A stretch of 64,000 nucleotides of DNA from Candidatus Gottesmanbacteria bacterium (GTDB lineage Bacteria; Patescibacteriota; Microgenomatia; UBA10105; UBA927), in the NCBI GenBank assembly GCA_963714095.1, contig OY970230.1:198206-262205 (forward strand). Direction: 5' to 3'. The notes under the pieces were generated by a model. It was given only the letters and a program-made list of their open reading frames with translations. It did no database searches and was not told where the DNA came from. Shown here piece by piece: positions 19,941-28,672 of the stretch. The translations under genes and the position numbers were made by a program. Each line of letters starts with the position of its first letter. Within the stretch, counting starts at the first letter, position 1.

Positions 19941-20910
19941 GATGATTTTTATGCCATTTCCAGGCAGATGAAACGATAGTTTCTATATCTGAGTATTTTG
20001 GCCGCCAGCCGAATTCTTTCTTAAAATGTGTGGAGTCTGCAACGAGACTGTGCGGATCACCCGCCCGCCGCGGTGCCTCCCGCACGGCAAAATCTACCCC
20101 GGTCACCTTTTTAACCTCCGCGACAACTTCCTTATTTGTCATCCCATCCCCTGTTGCGAGGTTATATACGTCGGTTTTATGACCATGAGTTAATGCGTCC
20201 AGCGCCAATAAATGCGCCTCCGCAAGGTCCTCAATATGAATGTAGTCCCGCAGACACGACCCGTCGCGCGTCGGATAATCAGTTCCATACAGCAAAAATT
20301 CTTTCTGCTTTCCCATAGCCACACGGATCGCAACCGGAATAATATGTGTTTCAGGGAGATGATCTTCGCCGTTATCACCGCCCAGCGCTGCACCGCATGC
20401 ATTAAAATACCGGAGACTGATACTTCTTATATGATGCTGATAATCCGTCACGCGTAATAGCTCCTCGAAACACCATTTCGACAGCCCGTACGGGCTCGTG
20501 GGATTTTTTGCATGACTCTCCGGTATCGGAATAATTGTCGGATTTCCGTAGACGGCGGCAGTGGAAGAAAAAATAATTGTATCAACCCCATGCTCCTGCA
20601 TCACAGCGAGGAGTGTCATGGGCGCAATAATATTATTTTTCATGTATTTAATAGGATCCCGGACGGATTCTTCCACCATGAGGTATCCGGCAAAATGGAT
20701 GACTGCTTCAATCGAATATTTTGAAAAAATCGGCTCGAGCGTTGCTTTATCTTTAATATTACCCACGATAAGAGGCACCGTGGCCGGTAACGCCTGCCTG
20801 TGGCCGTATTCGAGGGAATCCACGACGATCGGGTGGTAGCCCCGCGCAACAAGCATCCGCACCATATTGCTTCCGATATAGCCGGCGCCTCCGGTAACAA
20901 GCACGTTCAT
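19900..20910 (-). CDS. galE: UDP-glucose 4-epimerase
   Basis: MNVLVTGGAGYIGSNMVRML..., a YxxxK SDR-extended fold, about 336 aa, typical of GalE. Confidence 0.8.
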   Translation of the reverse strand: MNVLVTGGAGYIGSNMVRMLVARGYHPIVVDSLEYGHRQALPATVPLIVGNIKDKATLEPIFSKYSIEAVIHFAGYLMVEESVRDPIKYMKNNIIAPMTLLAVMQEHGVDTIIFSSTAAVYGNPTIIPIPESHAKNPTSPYGLSKWCFEELLRVTDYQHHIRSISLRYFNACGAALGGDNGEDHLPETHIIPVAIRVAMGKQKEFLLYGTDYPTRDGSCLRDYIHIEDLAEAHLLALDALTHGHKTDVYNLATGDGMTNKEVVAEVKKVTGVDFAVREAPRRAGDPHSLVADSTHFKKEFGWRPKYSDIETIVSSAWKWHKNHRDGYSPDPYAKKE

Positions 20911-20914
20911 TCCT

Positions 20915-21136
20915 CTATTTTACTTTATTGGGCCGCAGGAGGGAAATCAGAAGGAAAGAGAGCGTGAACGCAGCACCATACCAAGTCAGACGCTCGGCGG
21001 TAAAAAAAGTCCACGTAGCAAATAACGGAATCGCCAAAACCCAGCTTGCGAGGCCGGCAAACAGAAATAACCGGGGCTTTCTAATTAAAAGTAATACGAC
21101 AAATACCAGAAAAAATCCTATATCCTGCGGCTTCAT
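20915..21136 (-). CDS. Small two-TM membrane protein (73 aa)
   Basis: Two hydrophobic helices. ATGA overlap with the upstream gene. Otherwise unsupported. Confidence 0.3.
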   Translation of the reverse strand: MKPQDIGFFLVFVVLLLIRKPRLFLFAGLASWVLAIPLFATWTFFTAERLTWYGAAFTLSFLLISLLRPNKVK

Positions 21137-22077
21137 TGTTTGTAATATGCAATCGTTTTATGTAACCCATCTTCGACGGTCACCTTTGGCGTCCATTGTA
21201 AACGGGTTTTTATCTTTGTTATATCCGGCTTACGCTGGGTCGGATCATCCTCCGGCAATGCTTCAAAAGTAATGGGGGACGCCGATCCTGTCAGCACCTT
21301 AATTTTTTGAGCAAGATCTTTAACCGTGTACTCTTCCGGATTTCCCAGATTAAATACTTCACCTTTGAGGTTGTCGGCGAGCATAACCGCCAGAATTCCG
21401 GATACGAGATCCGAAACGTAACAAAATGACCGGGTCTGTGAACCGCTCCCAAATACCGTCAACGGTTTTTCTTCAAGGGCCTGGTTAATAAAATTTGAAA
21501 CCACACGACCATCATCTTTGCGCATCCTCGGGCCGTAGGTGTTGAATATGCGGATAATACGGGCATCAAGGCCGTATTTCCGAACATAAACCATTGTGAT
21601 TGCCTCTGCAAACCGCTTGGATTCATCGTAACATGCGCGGACTCCGTTAGGATTCACGTTCCCCCAATACAATTCTGTCTGCGGATGCTCCTTTGGATCC
21701 CCGTATACTTCCGATGTGGATGCCTCTAAATATCGTGATGTATGATCCCGCGCAAACTGCAACATATGAATGGTCCCAACTGAGTTGACCAACGCAATTT
21801 CCTCGGAGAGTTTTTTAAAATCCATCGGCGAAGCCGGAGACGCAAGGTTAAAGACGTAATCAATGTGTCCTAGAATATCGGGAGCTGACTCGATAATATC
21901 GTGGCGCAAAAACGAGAAATTTGAGTTTTGTTTCGCCGATTCAATATTTTTTTCAGATCCTGTCAGAAGATTATCTATGCACAATACTTTGTGCCCGAGT
22001 CCCAGTAACGCATCACAAAGGTGCGATCCGATAAATCCTGCCCCGCCGCTAACTACGCTGGTTTTTTGATCTGTCAT
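21133..22077 (-). CDS. UDP-glucuronate decarboxylase (UDP-xylose synthase)-like extended SDR
   Basis: VVSGGAGFIGSHLCDALLGLGHKVLCIDNLLTG...YDESKRFAE is the UXS/ArnA-like pattern. The first ATG (22077) is used. The longer ORF in the track starts at TTG. Confidence 0.7.
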   Translation of the reverse strand: MTDQKTSVVSGGAGFIGSHLCDALLGLGHKVLCIDNLLTGSEKNIESAKQNSNFSFLRHDIIESAPDILGHIDYVFNLASPASPMDFKKLSEEIALVNSVGTIHMLQFARDHTSRYLEASTSEVYGDPKEHPQTELYWGNVNPNGVRACYDESKRFAEAITMVYVRKYGLDARIIRIFNTYGPRMRKDDGRVVSNFINQALEEKPLTVFGSGSQTRSFCYVSDLVSGILAVMLADNLKGEVFNLGNPEEYTVKDLAQKIKVLTGSASPITFEALPEDDPTQRKPDITKIKTRLQWTPKVTVEDGLHKTIAYYKQ

Positions 22078-22081
22078 GCAT

Positions 22082-22792
22082 CTATTGTAGCATACGGATA
22101 CGGATGGCTCCTGCAAGCGACCGCAGGAGTTCTTTCACGTTTGCATTGGAAGCTCCATGTGTTCTGTCCCGGAAACTTATGGGGACTTCCGTTATTCGAA
22201 AACTGTTCTGCTTCAGTTTATATGCTATTTCCGACAGTACGATAAACCCGGTTTCATGAAGGTGCACGCGCACCAAAAATTCCGCTGCTTTTCGGGAGTA
22301 TAATCGGAAACCGTTGGTATAATCCGTTAAGTGCAACCCAAGCCATATGCTTAACAAGGCGTTAATTACTCTGCTTTGAATAAGTCGACGCCACGGCCAT
22401 TTTACAATATGGCTCTGTTTAAGATACCGCGAACCGATAACCAAATCTGCCCCGCGGCGTACGGCTAAAAACCGTCCGAACTCTGCCGGTGAATGCGCTA
22501 GATCTGCATCCATCTCAAAACAATATTGTATTTCCTTATGTTTGAGGGCTTCAGCTAATCCCCGAATGACGGCACTCCCTCTGCCCATTTTGTGCTCGCG
22601 GGAAATAAGAACCACGTTGGGAAAATCCCTTTGAAGCATTCCTGACAGTTGTATTACTTCGTTGGCAGGAGAGTCATCAACAACCACGATCAGAGCATCC
22701 GGGAGGTATTTTTCTATATCTTTTAATAAAATACTTAAATTTTTTTGTTCGTTATACGCCGGAATAATGACTGAAATACCTTGATTATTCAT
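22082..22792 (-). CDS. GT2 polyprenol-phosphate sugar synthase (Dpm1/ArnC-like), soluble short form
   Basis: ISVIIPAYNEQKNL...VVVDDSP plus a C-terminal Dpm1-like segment. Confidence 0.7.
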   Translation of the reverse strand: MNNQGISVIIPAYNEQKNLSILLKDIEKYLPDALIVVVDDSPANEVIQLSGMLQRDFPNVVLISREHKMGRGSAVIRGLAEALKHKEIQYCFEMDADLAHSPAEFGRFLAVRRGADLVIGSRYLKQSHIVKWPWRRLIQSRVINALLSIWLGLHLTDYTNGFRLYSRKAAEFLVRVHLHETGFIVLSEIAYKLKQNSFRITEVPISFRDRTHGASNANVKELLRSLAGAIRIRMLQ

Positions 22793-22813
22793 ATAAGTAT
22801 TTAATATTCACGG

Positions 22814-25096
22814 CTAATTTTTTTCAAATATTGCTATTTGTGCGTTATCGAATATCTTTGTCAGGTGTAACGACGTAATTTCATAATCGGAAATATCAGA
22901 GCCCAGATATCTGGGGATAACAATAAGTTTACTGTCGTAATCTGATATCTTAAGAACGTTATCTTCCGGTCTCATAACCATTTCCCACTTTTTGCCGGTT
23001 ATCGTTTGTCCTATACGGTAGTCAGTATATACAATCGGTTTTACTGCTTTATATATCGGCAGTATCGAATTATCTACCTGCTCTACATACAACACGCTCT
23101 TTTTTTGATTTTTAATAATTTGCAGCGCATGTATTTCATACGTTGTAAGGGCATACTTGCTCCTTGAATAAACAACAGTTACTGCAAGAGACAACAGAAT
23201 GAGGGGAGGGATAATACTGCATAACACTAACATATTCCTCGTTTTGTACTTCCGGAATATAACGATAGCAATCGTAACCAGCACAATTGCAAGAACAGCG
23301 AGGGATGCAAATACAGCCCCGTATGTTGTTTTATCGAGAGGAAAATACGGAACATGCATATACAGAAATACCATCAGCGCATAATAGGCCCAATACAGAT
23401 ATTTCTTTACCTTTCCTGAAGGTCTAACGATGAATACATAATGAAGGACAAACAGGATAAAAAACGGCAGAACTTTACTGACGTACACGGTGGTTAAAAC
23501 GGGAAAAAGATGTAAAGAAAAAAGAATGATAAGTGGTATTGTCTCTTTTTTGTCAAAAAGAAAGGTTACATTTTGTACTAAAAACGGAAACGCAATAAGG
23601 AGCGGAAGGAGTAATAATAAAAACTCATTCACTGATGTCCGGATATTTTTTCTGATGCAACAGATGACGGCGAAATAGAGAATGTAGAGGACACAGAGAA
23701 TCTGAAATGGGCTCATTCCCGGTTTTTCCTGATCAAACGAGAAACTTTTTCCGCCGCGACTCTCAGGGTACACCTGTACTCCCGTCGGAGTAAAATATGC
23801 AACTTTATCGTTTCCTGCATACAGCTCTACATCGTTTCCTTTTTCCTTCGTCGTAAGCTGGTCGCTCGTTTTTCTGATGAAAATACCCTGATCGGGAAAG
23901 GTCATTGAATCAATAATTTCCTGCTCATTTATTCTTAAGGTTGGCTGACTGTTCGGAAGGATATCGAAATCCTCCGGAATCTTATCTGCGTAATTCCTTA
24001 GATCAACGAAAGAAACAACGCCGTTTATTTTCTGCACCGTCGCCCGGTAGTTTTCCGACATATACCAGAATGACTGATTGTTTGAGTCGTAATCCGTTGA
24101 GAGAAAATGGGTTCTGCCTGCAAATACTTTCTTCTGCGCCAAAAACCGCTGGGCGTACTCCTGTGCCGGCACTATATCTACTTTGCCGGATGCCTGTATT
24201 TCCCTGGCTTTGGTGAGCATCGTTTTATACGATTGCTGAAATGTTTCGAGTGTTTCTCCGTTCTCCAGTCCCATCACGAAATTGCCGAATGGTTTCTGCA
24301 AAAAAATCGAGGCAAGGTAGTCGACGTACTCCGGTGTATATCCTCTCGCCGAATAATCCTGCAGACTATACAAAGGATCTGCATACCCTTTAAGGGGATC
24401 CCGTATCGCCCACTGCAGAATTACCACCTTTGTGCTTTCGGCAAACGATGCTGCCGGTATTCCCTCATTCCCTTTTGAAGGAAGATACGGAATATCCCAC
24501 GGAGTCCCCCAAATGGAATACGTATCCAAATTAAATTGGTCTGCCGCCCTCAGAGCTGCGGTGATCCCGTATTTTTCCTGCATATAAGAAAGCGAGTCTC
24601 CGCCGATCCACCAGGCGCCGACTGTCTTGGGATAATATCCGAAAATTTCCTTAAATTTAAAAAAGGCCGCGTCTATCAACTTTCGTCTTTCGCTCTGATC
24701 ATAGGAGCTTAATAATAATCCGTCGGAAAAGTACCATTCCCCCTGTCCCCGAAACTGAACGTTGGATTTCTGGGCATAATTCCTGTCAATCTCAAACAGC
24801 AATCCGAATTCCTGGCCCTTCATTTCCTGTTTGGCAAATTCGGTCATGTCTTTATTCTCCAAAGCTCCATATTGAAACAGCCACGTCGCATAAACACCGA
24901 CCTCACTCGTAACCTGCCACTGAGCTTTCAGGCTGGCAAGCAAATCATCAGACGCGTGTCCGAGTCCGTTCCCCCGGACAAGATTGATGACGGTAATTGC
25001 GGGACGTGAGGCACTATCCTGAGCTTCGGAATGACACGGGAAGCAGAAAAAGAAAACAATGATTAAAAAAGTAAACAGAACAATTCTTTTTATCAC
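22814..25096 (-). CDS. Large secreted/membrane protein (760 aa): signal peptide, ~450-aa extracytoplasmic domain, C-terminal polytopic membrane region
   Basis: N-terminal signal peptide (IVLFTFLIIVFFFCFPCHSEA). The hydrophilic domain has no motif I can name. It is followed by at least 6 TM segments. Confidence 0.45.
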   Translation of the reverse strand: MIKRIVLFTFLIIVFFFCFPCHSEAQDSASRPAITVINLVRGNGLGHASDDLLASLKAQWQVTSEVGVYATWLFQYGALENKDMTEFAKQEMKGQEFGLLFEIDRNYAQKSNVQFRGQGEWYFSDGLLLSSYDQSERRKLIDAAFFKFKEIFGYYPKTVGAWWIGGDSLSYMQEKYGITAALRAADQFNLDTYSIWGTPWDIPYLPSKGNEGIPAASFAESTKVVILQWAIRDPLKGYADPLYSLQDYSARGYTPEYVDYLASIFLQKPFGNFVMGLENGETLETFQQSYKTMLTKAREIQASGKVDIVPAQEYAQRFLAQKKVFAGRTHFLSTDYDSNNQSFWYMSENYRATVQKINGVVSFVDLRNYADKIPEDFDILPNSQPTLRINEQEIIDSMTFPDQGIFIRKTSDQLTTKEKGNDVELYAGNDKVAYFTPTGVQVYPESRGGKSFSFDQEKPGMSPFQILCVLYILYFAVICCIRKNIRTSVNEFLLLLLPLLIAFPFLVQNVTFLFDKKETIPLIILFSLHLFPVLTTVYVSKVLPFFILFVLHYVFIVRPSGKVKKYLYWAYYALMVFLYMHVPYFPLDKTTYGAVFASLAVLAIVLVTIAIVIFRKYKTRNMLVLCSIIPPLILLSLAVTVVYSRSKYALTTYEIHALQIIKNQKKSVLYVEQVDNSILPIYKAVKPIVYTDYRIGQTITGKKWEMVMRPEDNVLKISDYDSKLIVIPRYLGSDISDYEITSLHLTKIFDNAQIAIFEKN

Positions 25097-25120
25097 AATG
25101 AATTATTTTAAAACATACCC

Positions 25121-26980
25121 TTATTTCGCATCTATACGAAGTATCAGGTATTTCGTGTCTTCATAGACTGTTTCGTATGTTGCGGTAAGCAATTTTTCGT
25201 CAACGGCATACGGAAAATCGTTTTTCTTCCATCTCGGAATAAGGATATATGAGATATTACTTGCTTTGGCAGCCGAGATATCACCCTGGTACACCCTAGA
25301 AACAACAGGCGACCGGTCTACCCAGCCGACATTCCCGTAAAAACCGAAATAATTGGTCCTCCCTGCTAAAACTACCGGGTCTATGATGTCCGAATATGAC
25401 ACAAAAATCGCGTCTCGTTGTGTGTTTTTTTTAATCCAGGAAATAACCGCGGCTGTATCCTTATCTACCAGCGGATACGCGAACTCATTCTTTACGACCA
25501 TAAGGTCGATAGCACCTGATACCGTAAGGGTAAATAAAAGAGCGAGTGCAAGCAGTCTAAATCCGACTCTTTTCCGCCGCAAAAGCCAAACAATTCCGCA
25601 TGCGGCACTGATATTGACACCGATGATGAGAACTGACAGAAATTTCTGGTCAAATCCATGCTTCCCGTACGCCGCATACAGGCATAGAGCAGCAAAAAAC
25701 AGAAAGAACGGAGCGATGACACCTCTTCGTTGTTTAGGAATTACGAAAAAACCCGCAACTGCAACGAACGGCAATATGCCGAGATTTTCCCACAAATACT
25801 GAAAAATGTTCCATTGCGGTAACCGGCCCGTTCCCTGTAATGATAACCCCAGTGACCATACGCTTTTCCATACGGAAACAAACGGCAAAACTGACATCAC
25901 AACCGTTCCTAGTGCGCACACGGAAAACGTAACCGACTCACGCCATCGTCTCCTCAAAAGCATAAGAAGAACAATGATTGCTCCGACAAGTGCACTGACA
26001 GGTATGTTCCAAAAAAACATACCGCCGGTTAATACACCCAATACGGCGCCGTTGAAATTCGTTAACCGTTTATCATCGGACAGCTTGAGGAGACACATAA
26101 TCAGGAAAAGCCCGAGCGCAATACTAAAAGCCAGATGCCGCTGATTCACATAATTATTGAGCGTCATAAAAACGGAAATAACGGATCCGTCATACGGTCC
26201 GGCAAACGGGTACGCGGGAAGTCTCCAGGTGGTATGAAAAAATGCAAAGTTAAAACCTTTTTGGGGTATGAAATACCAAAACGTCAGCGTACTGTGCGTA
26301 ATTGTCAACAATACCGCAACCCATCCGGCGAGTTTCGTTTGTTTCAGAAATACTTGCGGCAAAAAATAAACAATTATGAGAAGTGACGCAAATGAAACTA
26401 TGCTGGGAATATTCATAGCCCATACGATCGGAACACCGAAATATTCCCAGAGAGCGACGAAAAAATAGAAAAGGAAATGATAAAAAAATGGCAGTCCAGA
26501 CTGAAACGGAGACATAAACGGAATATTATTTCCCCATGAAAATGACCGCACGATCCCGAGTGAATGCCCGAAATCAAACACGTTATTACTTCCGACAAAT
26601 AATGTTCCGCCTGTTCCTGCACGAAACGTTTTCATCATCAGCCACGAACTGAAAAGAACTGAAAAAAGGACGATAAGTACGTCACCAAATGTCAGGACAG
26701 ACGTTGAATTCGATTTTTTTATTTTCACAAAACGGCTTAAGATGAATACTACTGCGATAAAGAGAACCGTGCTCCAAAGAATCGATTCTCCGGTTTGCCT
26801 CAGTAAACTTGCCAATATATAGGTTGTCGGTACTCCGATACCGATGCCGACTATCATGGAACCGACAAACGCAAGCAATACAGGCATTCCGGAAAACCAT
26901 TTTTTTACGACGATCGAACCCAAAAACGTTAATGAAATAATGTAGAGAGCAAGAATGAGCAAATGGATACCCTGTTGCAT
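25121..26980 (-). CDS. Polytopic membrane protein (619 aa), candidate GT-C-like
   Basis: More than 12 TM segments. VFDFGHSLGIVRSF motif in an early loop, and a C-terminal soluble domain. Confidence 0.45.
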   Translation of the reverse strand: MQQGIHLLILALYIISLTFLGSIVVKKWFSGMPVLLAFVGSMIVGIGIGVPTTYILASLLRQTGESILWSTVLFIAVVFILSRFVKIKKSNSTSVLTFGDVLIVLFSVLFSSWLMMKTFRAGTGGTLFVGSNNVFDFGHSLGIVRSFSWGNNIPFMSPFQSGLPFFYHFLFYFFVALWEYFGVPIVWAMNIPSIVSFASLLIIVYFLPQVFLKQTKLAGWVAVLLTITHSTLTFWYFIPQKGFNFAFFHTTWRLPAYPFAGPYDGSVISVFMTLNNYVNQRHLAFSIALGLFLIMCLLKLSDDKRLTNFNGAVLGVLTGGMFFWNIPVSALVGAIIVLLMLLRRRWRESVTFSVCALGTVVMSVLPFVSVWKSVWSLGLSLQGTGRLPQWNIFQYLWENLGILPFVAVAGFFVIPKQRRGVIAPFFLFFAALCLYAAYGKHGFDQKFLSVLIIGVNISAACGIVWLLRRKRVGFRLLALALLFTLTVSGAIDLMVVKNEFAYPLVDKDTAAVISWIKKNTQRDAIFVSYSDIIDPVVLAGRTNYFGFYGNVGWVDRSPVVSRVYQGDISAAKASNISYILIPRWKKNDFPYAVDEKLLTATYETVYEDTKYLILRIDAK

Positions 26981-26983
26981 ATG

Positions 26984-28672
26984 TTATTTCCGGCGTTTCA
27001 GTATAAGTATTACTGCTGAACTGACGAGCGTAATACTACTGATTCCGACACCTATATTTGCCAGTATTTGTTGTCTGGCGACGATCGGAGGAATTGTACT
27101 AATCATAGTAAACTGAGTATTTTTAAAAACCGCTACACCGGTAAAATCAGTGTCCTCAATAAGTGTCGTATTTTTAAGAGCATCTATTAGGAGGCTGCGT
27201 TCGTCGGGATTAAAACGGTAATCCGTAAGGAAAAACTGCTTCGTGAGATCAGTCGGCACGATCACATATCCGACTCCTGAATCTGCCAGACTCTTCATAA
27301 ATTCAGGCGTTTTAATCATGGCGATAACGGCAGATATTGAAGCGCCATTAAACAGTTCATTGGATGTCAGCAATGGGTGAACCTCTGACGTATATGCAAA
27401 CGGGTCGTTTTGAGGTATCCATAACGTGCGCGATGGTTTTGCATCCCCGACCAGTACATCTTTCAGGCGGACGTAATCGGCGGAAATTCGCGGTGGCAGG
27501 AAATTGCCCCGCATTTGGCCTAAAAAAACCGGCCGGATGGTAAAACACCAATACAACAGAAAGATGGTCCATATAAGTATTTCATTTATATGAATTTTTT
27601 CCGTGAGCCGCTGAAGTGTATACGGGATTAAAACGGAATATCCAAGAGCAGTAAAAACATATACTTTCGTGGGATCGCGGAACATGACAAATCCGGGTAT
27701 ATGGATAAACATCCACTGAAAAATTTCTCCGAACGGATCATTGACGCCTTTTGCAAGAAACACACCCAGAAGCGCGAGCACACCGAAAAAAAATATTTTT
27801 CTTGACCGATCCGCGGCTTTTTTTTCAACGAACAAAAACGCGCAAAATGCCAGGAGAGGCAAAATGAGAAATTCCGGCTGCAGGAAATAGACTTTTCCGA
27901 ATAAATTTTCCGGCCAATTCGGATGAAGAAGTGAAAGCGCATGGGAAAAATCCGCAGAGCTTAAAAATTTGAGCATGCCGGGACTCGTAAATTGATCTCC
28001 GAGTGATTGTATCCCACCTCCGCCAAACACCGTCGGCAAAATCCAAAAAGCGTGCGAACAAAGTCCGATGATGCCGGGGACAATAAACGTCGAAATAATT
28101 ATCGTGCCGATATATTTACTTCCGTACAGATACCAATGGAGAAAAAAATATAAACCTATAGCGATAACTGCAAGATATGCCAATCGTATATCGAGTACTA
28201 TTAACAACGCAAAATATAAACCGTTTCCAATAGACGTTCGTATATTCTGTTGTACGGGGGTATCAATACCCTCCGTAAACTTCAGAAACACCAAGGGCAG
28301 AAATGCAAATGCCCAGGCAACACCCAACTGACCTCCGCTGAAAAGAAGGAGAAAATATGTATTTGTGGTATAAATTACGGAACCCAACACGGCAAACAAG
28401 GGTCTATTAACACATCTTCTGACCAGCCGATATGATGAATACACTGCCAGAACAAAAGCGATGATCCAAAATAGTTTGTCTATGAAAAACCATGAAAATC
28501 CGAGCAGTGATAGTATTTTCAACACGAAACGGTACGGATATTCAAGCCACAAACGGGGCAACAGACTTTGCCCGAAACCTTTTGTCGTATCCCAAACGGG
28601 CGGCAACCATGAAAACTGCCGGATTTGTTCTTCAAACAAAAACGGCGCATCACCGGAAGCAAAAAATATCAT
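26984..28672 (-). CDS. Polytopic membrane protein (~563 aa)
   Basis: Many TM segments. Start chosen at the ATG that forms an ATGA overlap with the upstream stop. Confidence 0.45.
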   Translation of the reverse strand: MIFFASGDAPFLFEEQIRQFSWLPPVWDTTKGFGQSLLPRLWLEYPYRFVLKILSLLGFSWFFIDKLFWIIAFVLAVYSSYRLVRRCVNRPLFAVLGSVIYTTNTYFLLLFSGGQLGVAWAFAFLPLVFLKFTEGIDTPVQQNIRTSIGNGLYFALLIVLDIRLAYLAVIAIGLYFFLHWYLYGSKYIGTIIISTFIVPGIIGLCSHAFWILPTVFGGGGIQSLGDQFTSPGMLKFLSSADFSHALSLLHPNWPENLFGKVYFLQPEFLILPLLAFCAFLFVEKKAADRSRKIFFFGVLALLGVFLAKGVNDPFGEIFQWMFIHIPGFVMFRDPTKVYVFTALGYSVLIPYTLQRLTEKIHINEILIWTIFLLYWCFTIRPVFLGQMRGNFLPPRISADYVRLKDVLVGDAKPSRTLWIPQNDPFAYTSEVHPLLTSNELFNGASISAVIAMIKTPEFMKSLADSGVGYVIVPTDLTKQFFLTDYRFNPDERSLLIDALKNTTLIEDTDFTGVAVFKNTQFTMISTIPPIVARQQILANIGVGISSITLVSSAVILILKRRK

